From the IMG/VR virus record IMGVR_UViG_3300044681_000374, positions 1 through 33,201 of that record: a stretch of 33,201 nucleotides of DNA. The stretch is one strand, 5' to 3'. Numbering within the stretch: position 1 is the first letter of the stretch; each line of letters starts with the position of its first letter. Origin of the DNA: a virus. Its lineage: Duplodnaviria; Caudoviricetes. Shown one piece after another: positions 1 to 7,895 of this stretch. The notes under the pieces were generated by a model. It saw only the letters and a program-made list of their open reading frames with translations, ran no database searches and had not been told where the DNA came from. The translations under genes and the position numbers were made by a program.

Positions 1-540
1 AATGCGGCCGATCTGCAGGGGCACGACGAGGAGACCGCTGCCGCCCTGGCTGCAGCGATCGCCGAAGCGATCGGGCAGGGCGAAGCAAAGCCCGCAGCCG
101 CCCGGCTGGATGCCGCCGAGGCTGTCCTAGAGGCCTGGCCCGTTGAGACCCGCTGGGGCGGCACCCGCGCCTGTTACAGCCCGGCCATGGATCGAATCTC
201 CATGCCTGCCGCCGAGGCCTTCACCACCCGCGAGGCGATGGCGGCCACCTGGGCCCACGAACAGAGCCACAGCACCGGCCACAAGAGCCGGCTCGACCGG
301 GCCATGGGCGGATCCTTCGGCAGCCAGTCCTACGCCAGGGAAGAACTGGTGGCCGAGCTGTCAGCGGTGCTGATCTGCTACCGGCTGCAGATCGGCTGCC
401 AACTGGAGAACCATGCCGCCTACCTCAAGGATTGGGCCCAGATCCTCAAGGACGGCGGGCCACGGGTGCTGTTCCAGGTGCTCAGCGACGCCCGCAAGGC
501 TGCCGATTTGATCGCCCCCGAAGCGATCGAGGAGGCCTGA
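1..540 (+). CDS. ardC: ArdC-like antirestriction/ssDNA-binding protein, C-terminal zincin (MPTase) domain; 5' truncated
   Basis: Frame is open from base 1 (NAADLQG...). Motifs ACYSPAMDRISMP, HEQSHSTGHKSRLDR, YAREELVAEL and HAAYLKDW are typical of ArdC. Confidence 0.88.
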   Translation, partial: NAADLQGHDEETAAALAAAIAEAIGQGEAKPAAARLDAAEAVLEAWPVETRWGGTRACYSPAMDRISMPAAEAFTTREAMAATWAHEQSHSTGHKSRLDRAMGGSFGSQSYAREELVAELSAVLICYRLQIGCQLENHAAYLKDWAQILKDGGPRVLFQVLSDARKAADLIAPEAIEEA

Positions 541-543
541 GCC

Positions 544-975
544 ATGCAGGACGCCATCCACCCGCGGGCAGGCGAGCTGCCCCGCACCTACCGGCACCCC
601 AGGCACCTATGGGTATTCGATCTGCCTGCCATGGAATGCGGGATCTGGCTGGCCCGATTCCGCATTGATGCCAGGGCGTGGGCCGCCCACAAAGCCGGGA
701 ACGGTTACGAGCCATCTTGGCGAGTGCCTGCGATCGTCTGGCAGGCAGAGCCGGCCGGCGGCGGCTGGCTGCCATGGGTCCCAGTTGCCGGGCACATCGA
801 GCACCCGGCAGCGCTGCCGCTGTCGCTGAAAGAGGCGCACGCCATGGCGAGGGAATGGCGCCCGCTGTTCCCTGGCTCGCTGGTTGCCGTCCGGCCACGG
901 GATGCGGGCCCGCCTGTCTACCCCGACGCAATGCACGACGCCTACGACCTGCCGCCCTATGCGGACGGCTACTGA
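544..975 (+). CDS. Hypothetical early protein (143 aa)
   Basis: ATG 3 nt after the ArdC stop, preceded by GGAGG; Trp/Pro-rich; no family recognised. Confidence 0.6.
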   Translation: MQDAIHPRAGELPRTYRHPRHLWVFDLPAMECGIWLARFRIDARAWAAHKAGNGYEPSWRVPAIVWQAEPAGGGWLPWVPVAGHIEHPAALPLSLKEAHAMAREWRPLFPGSLVAVRPRDAGPPVYPDAMHDAYDLPPYADGY

Positions 976-1043
976 TCCCATCCCGGAGGCCTGCGGGCCT
1001 CCCTGCTGGGTTCACCAGCACCACCACAACCACACCCCGAACC

Positions 1044-1232
1044 ATGCTCACCATCAGCACCACAGAGGCTGCCTTGCTGGCTGCCCTGCTCCGTCCAAGG
1101 GTCACAGCGCTCAGCGAACTGCTGGCCGCCCAAATCCAATGCTTGCCACCTGGCGATTCCAGTTGGGCCGACACCGAGGACCAGCTGGAGACCGCCCGGG
1201 CTGCCCTCTCCAAGGTGGAGGCGATCCGATGA
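1044..1232 (+). CDS. Small hypothetical helical protein (62 aa, MLTISTTEAALL...)
   Basis: ATG follows a CAC-rich leader; stop overlaps the next ATG (ATGA). Confidence 0.65.
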   Translation: MLTISTTEAALLAALLRPRVTALSELLAAQIQCLPPGDSSWADTEDQLETARAALSKVEAIR

Positions 1233-1375
1233 AGCGCTTTCTGCGGTTGATCACCCCGCTGCGCGTGCCGCTGCTGTTCGTGGTCATCCTCGCCGGCTGG
1301 CCCCTGGTGCTGCCCCTGGCCTGGGTCGCCCTGCTGGGCTTCTGCGTGGTCTGGCTGGCCAGGGGGAAGCGATGA
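1229..1375 (+). CDS. Small membrane protein (48 aa, MKRFLRLITPLRVPLLFVVILAGWPLVLPLAWVALLGFCVVWLARGKR)
   Basis: ATGA-coupled at both ends, GGAGG upstream, long hydrophobic stretch flanked by basic residues. Confidence 0.65.
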   Translation: MKRFLRLITPLRVPLLFVVILAGWPLVLPLAWVALLGFCVVWLARGKR

Positions 1376-1707
1376 GCGCCACCCCTGCAGACGTTGCCGC
1401 CATGCTGCGCGGCATCCGGGCCCACCATCAGGCGATCAGCGCCAGCGCAGTTGAGACGCTTTTGCACGTCGCAACAGGCGCAGACTGCAGCGCCGAACTC
1501 TGCCGCCGGATGGGGGTAGTGCGCCAAACCGTCAACCGGAACCTGCAGCACCTAGTAGGCCGCGGCCAGGTGGGCAAAGGTCGGGTTAGATCCAGGCTGG
1601 GGCTGGTGCAGCGGTCGAAACACCCAGACCGCAAAGGGTTTCGGCTTGAGCTCACAGAGAACGGCCGCGAACTGTTGGCTAGTACATTTGGACCATTTGA
1701 GCCATGA
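1372..1707 (+). CDS. MarR-like winged helix-turn-helix regulator 1
   Basis: HTH CSAELCRRMGVVRQTVNRNLQHL and wing GLVQRSKHPDRKGFRLELTENGR. Confidence 0.8.
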   Translation: MSATPADVAAMLRGIRAHHQAISASAVETLLHVATGADCSAELCRRMGVVRQTVNRNLQHLVGRGQVGKGRVRSRLGLVQRSKHPDRKGFRLELTENGRELLASTFGPFEP

Positions 1708-1834
1708 GGGTACGGCTGCTGGCAACTGTCTGCGTCCCTATCACAGGGCGATGGCTGGAGTGGTCGCTATGGGTTGAGAGCCATGGCGGCAGGCGCCGGC
1801 TTTCTCTGCAGCGGTGCCAAAGTGCGGGCAGTAG

Positions 1835-2167
1835 GTGTCACCTAGGACCGTGGATCTCCCTGCACTGGCCTTGGCCTTAGGCACTTTTGCCGCCCAAGAC
1901 CCAACCCGTTTCCCGCTGCATCACGCCCGCCTGTTCTTGGAGGTCGCGCTGAACGAGCCGGCCACCTTCGAGCACCTGGAGCAGGCCTTGAACCTGACCA
2001 ACTCCAGCGTTTCCCGTTCTGTCGCTGCCCTCAGCGATCGGAACCGCCACGGCGACCGCGGCTATCGGCTGCTCACCGTGGAACGCGACCCCGAGGAGGG
2101 GCGACGCTTCCTGGTCCGCTTGAGCCCTAAAGGCCGGCTGCTCCTGCAGCAGCTGCAGCGGATCTGA
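1835..2167 (+). CDS. MarR-like winged helix-turn-helix regulator 2 (alternative GTG start at 1850)
   Basis: HTH LEQALNLTNSSVSRSVAAL and wing RDPEEGRRFLVRLSPKGR; lies directly upstream of the integrase. Confidence 0.85.
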   Translation: MSPRTVDLPALALALGTFAAQDPTRFPLHHARLFLEVALNEPATFEHLEQALNLTNSSVSRSVAALSDRNRHGDRGYRLLTVERDPEEGRRFLVRLSPKGRLLLQQLQRI

Positions 2168-2201
2168 TCACACCACCACCACCACCACCAACAGAACCAC
2201 C

Positions 2202-3188
2202 ATGACCGGATCAGTTCGCCGCACGGCGGACGGCTGGATTGCCGATGTGACCATCGGCGGCACCCGCCGCACTGCCAAGCGCCGCACCAAGACCGAAGCC
2301 ATCGAGGCCAAACGCCAGCTGCTGGAGCTCCTGGTAGCCCGCGGCAGGGGCGAGCCGGACGGCATCACCATCACCGATGCCCGGGCCCTCTCCCTCCGCA
2401 TCCGCTGGGCTGGCAAGGCCTTCGAGCGGACCGCAGCCATCTACAGCCAAGCCGCCGTGGATCACTTCGGCCCGCTCACCCAGCTGGGGAGCATCACCGC
2501 GCCAGCCGTGGAGGAGTGGCGACAGCTGCTGCTGCGCGGCGGCAACCGCCCCGGCACCGTTAACGCAAAGGTCAGCTGTCTGCGGGCCATGTTCAGCGAT
2601 GCCGTGCTCCATGGACACCTGGCTGCCATCCCGCCGCTGCCCCGGCAGCTGACCAACCGCAACACCAAGGACCGCATCTTCTCGGATGCTGAGATCGCAG
2701 CGTTCTGCGATCGGTTCCATGCCGCAGGCCATCCCGCCGCGGCCGACCTTTTCATCTTCCTGCTGGAGACCTGCTGCAGGTGGGGGGAAGCCGAGCGACT
2801 GCGTGGGGGTGATGTGGATGTGGAGCGCCAGCGTGTCACCTTCTGGGAGACCAAGGCCAACCGGGCCCGCAGCGTGCCGCTCACCCGCCGCGGCCTGGAT
2901 GCCCTGCTGCCCCACCTGCCGGCCGTGCCGGGCCATCGGGTCTGGCCCTACCGCTACGGGCAGTTCAAGTGGCTGTTTGAGCGGGCGAAGGAGGGGCTGG
3001 GGATCAATGACCCTGCCCTAACGATCCACTGCACCCGCCACACCTGCGCGAGCAAGCTGGCGACCAAGGGGATCCCGCTCCACCAGCTGATGGCCTTCGG
3101 CGGCTGGACTTCCCTCCAGAGCGTGCAGCGCTACCTGCACCTGCACACCGATGCCCTGGCCAGCTGCGTGGCAGCGCTTGAGGCCTAA
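2202..3188 (+). CDS. int: Tyrosine recombinase/integrase
   Basis: Catalytic R (TCCRWGE), K (ETKANR), HxxR (HCTRH), W (GGWTS) and Y (QRYLH); N-terminal arm-binding-like segment GWIADVTIGGTRR. Confidence 0.95.
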   Translation: MTGSVRRTADGWIADVTIGGTRRTAKRRTKTEAIEAKRQLLELLVARGRGEPDGITITDARALSLRIRWAGKAFERTAAIYSQAAVDHFGPLTQLGSITAPAVEEWRQLLLRGGNRPGTVNAKVSCLRAMFSDAVLHGHLAAIPPLPRQLTNRNTKDRIFSDAEIAAFCDRFHAAGHPAAADLFIFLLETCCRWGEAERLRGGDVDVERQRVTFWETKANRARSVPLTRRGLDALLPHLPAVPGHRVWPYRYGQFKWLFERAKEGLGINDPALTIHCTRHTCASKLATKGIPLHQLMAFGGWTSLQSVQRYLHLHTDALASCVAALEA

Positions 3189-3192
3189 CTGT

Positions 3193-3266
3193 GGATGCGT
3201 CCACCGGATCACGGGAGGATGCAAACTGGGTGCGGTTGGATGCCGAAATCGGCACCCGCCGCACCC
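3193..3266. repeat. Cluster of GGRTGC hexamers, candidate integrase arm-type sites
   Basis: GGATGC at 3193, 3217 and 3238, GGGTGC at 3228; inverted GCACCC at 3252 and 3261. Further inverted GCATCC copies lie across the core at 3356 and 3463. Confidence 0.5.
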
Positions 3267-3301
3267 TTCTCATTTCCTGAGAAGCCTTGCCACAACTGGC
3301 C

Positions 3302-3343
3302 GGGGGTCTAGCTATCTGGTGAAAGCAGCGGACTCATAATCCG
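3302..3343 (+). other. attP core: 5' half (42 bp) of a tRNA with CAT anticodon (elongator Met or Ile2); not a complete tRNA
   Basis: GGGGGTC-TA-GCTATCTGGTGAAAGC-A-GCGGA-CTCATAA-TCCG gives acceptor 5' strand, U8A9, D arm and anticodon stem-loop (CAT at 3335-3337). No T arm or 3' acceptor strand follows. It starts 114 bp after the int stop. Confidence 0.88.
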
Positions 3344-3352
3344 TTTTCCAGT

Positions 3353-3368
3353 TCTGCATCCCTGCAGA
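3353..3368. promoter_or_regulatory. Palindromic box TCTGCA-TCCC-TGCAGA (copy 1, between att core and RNAP)
   Basis: Perfect 6-4-6 palindrome; the same motif recurs at five other module starts. Confidence 0.65.
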
Positions 3369-3456
3369 TGTCCGGCCAGGACTGCAGACCACCACCCACT
3401 GATCAAGTCTGCGGGGGTGGGGTGTAATAAGTGCATCGCGCTACAGATGCCGCACC

Positions 3457-5856
3457 TTGTCCGCATCCGGCAATTCCTACACACCCCCGGAGGAGCGCCA
3501 GCGGCATCTGGAATCGGCGGCTCAGGAGGCCGCCGCCAACCGCTCGCGCATCGCCCGGGCCAAGCTCAAACAGCAGGAAAAAGAGAGCGCCACCGAATAC
3601 GGGCGGGCACTGTTCCAGGCCCACGGCGAGCGGGTGGCGCTGGCGCTTGAGCACAAGCTGGGCAAGGCGCTGAACCGCGAAGAGGTGGCCGGGCCCTATT
3701 ACGCCGGCATGTGGCTGCTGTTCCAGCTGGGTGACAAGGGGCCCCGCTCGATCGCTGCTGTTGCCCTGGGGGTGGTGCTCGATCGGATCAGCAAACCCAC
3801 CACCCACCGGGCTATGGCATCCGCCATCGGCCAGGCGATCGAGACGGAGATCAGGGCGCTGCCGATCGAGGACCGTGGGCAGGACTTGCTGCGCATCGCT
3901 CGCCGGCGGCACGGCAAGCGGCTGGCATCAAAGGCACGGCTGGAGCAGCTGCGCATCCAGGTGACGCCCTGGTCTGCTGCCGATCGCTTCCAGGTGGGCG
4001 CCTTCCTGCTGGAGATCATCACCACCGAAACCGAGCTGCTGCGAACGACGAAGCAGCCAGGGCGCCGCGGCCTGCAGCTGGCGCCAGCGCCCGTGGTGGC
4101 CGAGATCATCGCCGCCCATCCGCCCACACCTGCCAAGGCCCGCCGGCTGCCGATGCTCACCCCGCCCAGGCCATGGGAGGGGATGACGGGCGGCGGACAC
4201 CTCAGCAACACCGAACCGCTGGTGCGCAGCCGCAAGGGGCACCCGATCGACTACCTCACCACCGAGGCCCTGCAGCCAGCGCTGCGGGTGGTGAACACCC
4301 TGCAGGAGCAGCAGCTGCTGCTGGATCCATGGATGGTGGGCAATCAGCGCATTGCCTGGGATGCCAACTTGCGTGGGCTGTTCCCGATCCTGCGGGATCC
4401 GATCGAGGCCCCGCCCAAGCCGGTTGAGCTGGTGGGCAAGGAGGCCATGGCCCGCTGGCATCAGCAGGAGCAGGCCTTCCACCGTGACCGGATCGAAGGC
4501 CGCCACGCCCGCAACCAGATCGAGAGCTCCATCCGCCAGGCCGAGCAGCTGGCCGGCGAGCAGCTCTGGTTTAGCTGGTGCATGGACATGAGGGGCAGGC
4601 TCTACACCGCCAACCGGCTCACCACCCACCAGGGCCCCGACCATGAGAAGGCCCAGATCCTGATTGCCAACGCCAGGCCCTGCGACGACCGCGCCGCCGA
4701 CTGGATTCTCAAGGCCGCCGCGATCCACTGGGGCATGAAGGGCAGCTGGGTGGACCGGCTGCAGTTCGGCCGCGATCAGATCGAGCGGATGCTGGCCGCG
4801 GCCGAGGACCCGCTCGAGCGGGTACACCTATGGCGTGATGCCAAGGAGCCGTGGCAGTTCCTGGCCTGCTGCCGGGCCATCCAGCAGTGGATCGAGGACC
4901 CCAGCCAGCCGATCCATCAGCCGGTGCGACTGGATCAGACCAGCTCCGGCCCGGGCATTATCGGCGCCCTGCTCAGGGATCGAGGGCTGGCCCGGGCCTG
5001 CAATCTGATCGGCTCCACCCGCCATGACCTCTACACCGAGCTGGCCGAGGAGGTGACGCTGCTGCTGCGCTCCGATCTGGAGGCCGGCGACGCCAAGGAG
5101 CAGCGGCACGCGGGTTGGTGGCTGGAGCGGGGCATCACCCGCAACATGGCCAAGATCCCTGTCATGTCAACGGTTTACGGGGCGAAGCTGCTGGGTGTGA
5201 CCGAGCAGCTGGTGGCACTGCTCGATGAATCAGAGGGCACGGTGTCCCTGGGCCGGCTGGAGCGCGAGCGGCTGCTGCCCTGCCGCTACCTGGCGCGGAA
5301 GTTCGGCCTGGCTGTTGGCGCCAGGCTGGGTGGCGCCGTGGCGTTCCAGGCCTGGCTGCGGGCCGTGGTGCGGTGCTGCAGCGCCGTGAACAAGCCGATG
5401 CAGTGGACGACGCCGATGGGGCTGCTGATCCGGCTAGGCAAGGAGCTCACCGCCAGCAGCGGGGTGAAGTCGCTGCTGCATGGCACCCGCCGATGGCAGA
5501 CGCTGCTGGATGCGCCGCCGCCGGGGAAGCTCAGCGCCCTGGAGACCGGGCGGGCCATCACCGCCAATCTGATCCACAGCTTCGACGCCGCCTTGGTGTG
5601 GGCAATGGTCTGCGATGGTGCAGACAAAGGCGTAACGGTGCTGCCCAATCACGACTGTTTCGCCGTGCCGCCGTGCGATGCCGAGTGGCTGCACAGCACG
5701 CTTCTGTGGCGCACCGGGGAGCTCTACCGGCCGGACTGGTTGGCTGAGATCACGGCCGAAATCCAGGCTACGGCTGAGGTGAAGCTGCCAGCCCCGCCGA
5801 TGGTGGACACGCTGGAGGTGGGGCTGATCGGCAGGAATGCCTATCTGTTCTCCTAG
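3457..5856 (+). CDS. T7-like single-subunit DNA-directed RNA polymerase
   Basis: DMRGRLY, motif A (RLDQTSSG), motif B (RNMAKIPVMSTVYG), NLIHSFDA, motif C (HDCF). The TTG start is uncertain. Confidence 0.96.
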   Translation: MSASGNSYTPPEERQRHLESAAQEAAANRSRIARAKLKQQEKESATEYGRALFQAHGERVALALEHKLGKALNREEVAGPYYAGMWLLFQLGDKGPRSIAAVALGVVLDRISKPTTHRAMASAIGQAIETEIRALPIEDRGQDLLRIARRRHGKRLASKARLEQLRIQVTPWSAADRFQVGAFLLEIITTETELLRTTKQPGRRGLQLAPAPVVAEIIAAHPPTPAKARRLPMLTPPRPWEGMTGGGHLSNTEPLVRSRKGHPIDYLTTEALQPALRVVNTLQEQQLLLDPWMVGNQRIAWDANLRGLFPILRDPIEAPPKPVELVGKEAMARWHQQEQAFHRDRIEGRHARNQIESSIRQAEQLAGEQLWFSWCMDMRGRLYTANRLTTHQGPDHEKAQILIANARPCDDRAADWILKAAAIHWGMKGSWVDRLQFGRDQIERMLAAAEDPLERVHLWRDAKEPWQFLACCRAIQQWIEDPSQPIHQPVRLDQTSSGPGIIGALLRDRGLARACNLIGSTRHDLYTELAEEVTLLLRSDLEAGDAKEQRHAGWWLERGITRNMAKIPVMSTVYGAKLLGVTEQLVALLDESEGTVSLGRLERERLLPCRYLARKFGLAVGARLGGAVAFQAWLRAVVRCCSAVNKPMQWTTPMGLLIRLGKELTASSGVKSLLHGTRRWQTLLDAPPPGKLSALETGRAITANLIHSFDAALVWAMVCDGADKGVTVLPNHDCFAVPPCDAEWLHSTLLWRTGELYRPDWLAEITAEIQATAEVKLPAPPMVDTLEVGLIGRNAYLFS

Positions 5857-5861
5857 AGGTA

Positions 5862-5890
5862 TTGCCTAGGAGGCTCCTAGGTGCCATGCT
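5862..5890 (+). promoter_or_regulatory. Candidate sigma70-type promoter (TTGCCT-N17-CATGCT) overlapped by inverted repeat CCTAGGAG-G-CTCCTAGG (5865-5881)
   Basis: Read directly in the RNAP-SSB intergenic gap; 17-bp spacing. Confidence 0.4.
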
Positions 5891-5901
5891 GCAGCAGCAA
5901 C

Positions 5902-5917
5902 TCTGCACCCATGCAGC
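5902..5917. promoter_or_regulatory. Palindromic box TCTGCA-CCCA-TGCAGC (copy 2, 4 nt before the SSB start)
   Basis: Recurrent intergenic motif. Confidence 0.65.
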
Positions 5918-5921
5918 ACAA

Positions 5922-6572
5922 ATGCCGCGAGAACTGATTGTGACCCCAGTGGGCGAAGCCTGGTGGGCGAAATTGTTTGAGCCTGAGCAGGATCGCTTCG
6001 AGGAGGACAAGCCTCGGCAGTGGTCGATTGAGTGGGCTGGCCCGCAGAACAGCCGCGAGGTGTTGGGCCTCATGCAGACCATCGAGGCCGAGTTTGCTCG
6101 CCTCAACGGCGATGGCGCCAAGCCCAGCAAGAACGCCTGGCCGTTCAAGGAGCAGACCGACAAGGAAGGCAACCCCACCGGGCTGCTGGCGTTTCGGATG
6201 CGCAAGAACGAAACCACCAAGAAGGGCAAGGTGCTCCAGGCGCCGGCCATCTACGACAGCCACAAGAACCCATGGCCTGCCGACACCCTGATCGGCAATG
6301 GCAGCAAGGTGAAGGTGGCTTTCAGCTGTTACGGCTGGGAGGACAAGTTCGGCAAGAAGGGCATCAGCCTCAGTCTTGAGGCGGTGCAGGTGCTGGATCT
6401 GGTGCCCTACGAGCAGCGCGATCCCGGCGACGCCTTCGGAGTGGAGAACGGCTATGTGGTGGACACCCCGGCCGATGCGTTTGGCGGCGGCGACAAGGAG
6501 CTGAGCCCAAGCCAAAAGCTCCAGCGCCAATGGCAAGGCGAAGAACCGAGCGAAGAGGAAGTGCCCTTCTGA
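5922..6572 (+). CDS. ssb: Single-stranded DNA-binding protein, T7 gp2.5-like
   Basis: TPVGEAWWAKLFEP, IGNGSKVKVAF, GISLSLEAVQVLDLV and acidic tail EEEVPF. Start placed at ATG 5922. Confidence 0.9.
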   Translation: MPRELIVTPVGEAWWAKLFEPEQDRFEEDKPRQWSIEWAGPQNSREVLGLMQTIEAEFARLNGDGAKPSKNAWPFKEQTDKEGNPTGLLAFRMRKNETTKKGKVLQAPAIYDSHKNPWPADTLIGNGSKVKVAFSCYGWEDKFGKKGISLSLEAVQVLDLVPYEQRDPGDAFGVENGYVVDTPADAFGGGDKELSPSQKLQRQWQGEEPSEEEVPF

Positions 6573-6952
6573 TGAACACGCGATCAGCTGACTTTGAGCT
6601 GCCGCTGCCGCTCCAGCCCAAGGAGCGGCCCCGCTTTTCTGGCCATGCTTACAACAGCAAGAAGTATCGAGACTGGATGAAGCAATGCCGAGCAATTCTC
6701 GGCGAGTGGTGGACAGTCCCACCGCTTGAAAAGGGCCAGCTGATCGCCGTTTACCTCCTCTTCCGTGGCCCTGGCACCAGTGATCTCGACAACCTCTGCG
6801 GGGCAGTAATGGATGCCGGCAAAGGTATCCTCTGGGCCGACGATCGGGTAACGGTCATCAGACGAATTGAGGCCCAGTGGGAGCGGGCCACCAAGAAACA
6901 ACAATCCATTCTTCTAAAGGTGATTTGGGATGACGCTTACTGCCGTTGCTAA
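6572..6952 (+). CDS. rusA: RusA-family Holliday junction resolvase
   Basis: PKERPRF, DLDNL...VMDA..GILWADDR catalytic pattern; TGATG coupling to SSB. Confidence 0.85.
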   Translation: MNTRSADFELPLPLQPKERPRFSGHAYNSKKYRDWMKQCRAILGEWWTVPPLEKGQLIAVYLLFRGPGTSDLDNLCGAVMDAGKGILWADDRVTVIRRIEAQWERATKKQQSILLKVIWDDAYCRC

Positions 6953-7895
6953 CCCGATTGTCATTTCGCAGTATCAAGTTCTGCTGGATGACATCGAACA
7001 GGCCAAGAAGGAGGCCGCGCCCTCCTTCGACTACGAAACAAAAGAGGGCGACAAAGCCGCCCGCAGCTACATCTTCAAGTTGCGCAAGCTCCGTGCTCGG
7101 GTCGAGTCCGCACGCAAGGAGGCAAAGGCCTACAGCATTGCCTACGGGAAGCGGGTTGACGAGCAGGCCAAGGACCTCAGCAGCCAGGTGGACGAGCTGA
7201 TTCAGCCCCACCAGGAGCAGCTTGAGGCCATCGCTCTCCGCGAGGCTGAGCGGGTCGCGGCGCATCAGCTCGTCCTCGATCAGGCTGAGCACATCGGCGT
7301 GGTCGGCTTTGGCGAGGGATCGGCTCAAATCCAGGGCCGGCTCGACGCCCTGGACGAAATCAGTCTTGAGGGGCTGGAGGAGTTTACCGAGAAGGTGGCT
7401 GCGGCCATCGTGACTTCTCGGAAAACGCTGCAGCAGGCGCTGCAGCAGGCGCTGCAGGCTGAGGAGCAAGCCATCGAGCTGGCCAGGCTCAAGGCTGAAC
7501 AGGACGAGCGCGAAGCCAGGGAGCGCGAGGAGCGCATCAGGCGCGAAGCCCAAGAGAGGGCCGACGACGAAGCGGCCCAGGCGGCAGCGGACGCCATCGC
7601 AGCAGCCGAGGCCAGGGCCGCCGCCGCCGAAGCCAAAGCGGCTCAAGCGGAGGCCGCAGCCAGTCGGCCGCCAGCAGTGGCTGCGGCTCCCGCTAAGGCC
7701 GACGCGCCCGCCGAAATGGAGCACGGCACTTTCGTTGTCGAACTTCCGACGCCCCCGGCCAAAAAGGCGTTGGCCATCAACGTGCTCGAAGTAAGCATGA
7801 TCGGCATGAATCGCCGCCAAGTAGCGGAGGCAATCGTCGCGGGCCGCCTACATCCGAGCCTGCAAGTCCGTATTCACTGGGACCTACTCAAATGA
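6930..7895 (+). CDS. Coiled-coil phage protein (321 aa), resembling proteins of lambdoid recombination regions
   Basis: DYETKEGDKAARSYIFKLRK...KRVDEQAK N-terminus followed by a long E/A/R-rich helix. Confidence 0.7.
   Translation: MTLTAVANPIVISQYQVLLDDIEQAKKEAAPSFDYETKEGDKAARSYIFKLRKLRARVESARKEAKAYSIAYGKRVDEQAKDLSSQVDELIQPHQEQLEAIALREAERVAAHQLVLDQAEHIGVVGFGEGSAQIQGRLDALDEISLEGLEEFTEKVAAAIVTSRKTLQQALQQALQAEEQAIELARLKAEQDEREAREREERIRREAQERADDEAAQAAADAIAAAEARAAAAEAKAAQAEAAASRPPAVAAAPAKADAPAEMEHGTFVVELPTPPAKKALAINVLEVSMIGMNRRQVAEAIVAGRLHPSLQVRIHWDLLK

Noticed and set aside
1704-1880. 58-aa ORF coupled to regulator 1, and a degenerate box TCTGCA-GCGG-TGCCAA at 1805
   Set aside because: The ORF overlaps regulator 2 and has atypical codons; the right arm of the box has two mismatches. 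Both are possible but not supportable.
3302-3380. Complete tRNA-Met/Ile gene
   Set aside because: The sequence after the anticodon stem has no T arm (GTTCRA) and no strand complementary to GGGGGTC; it is only a fragment.
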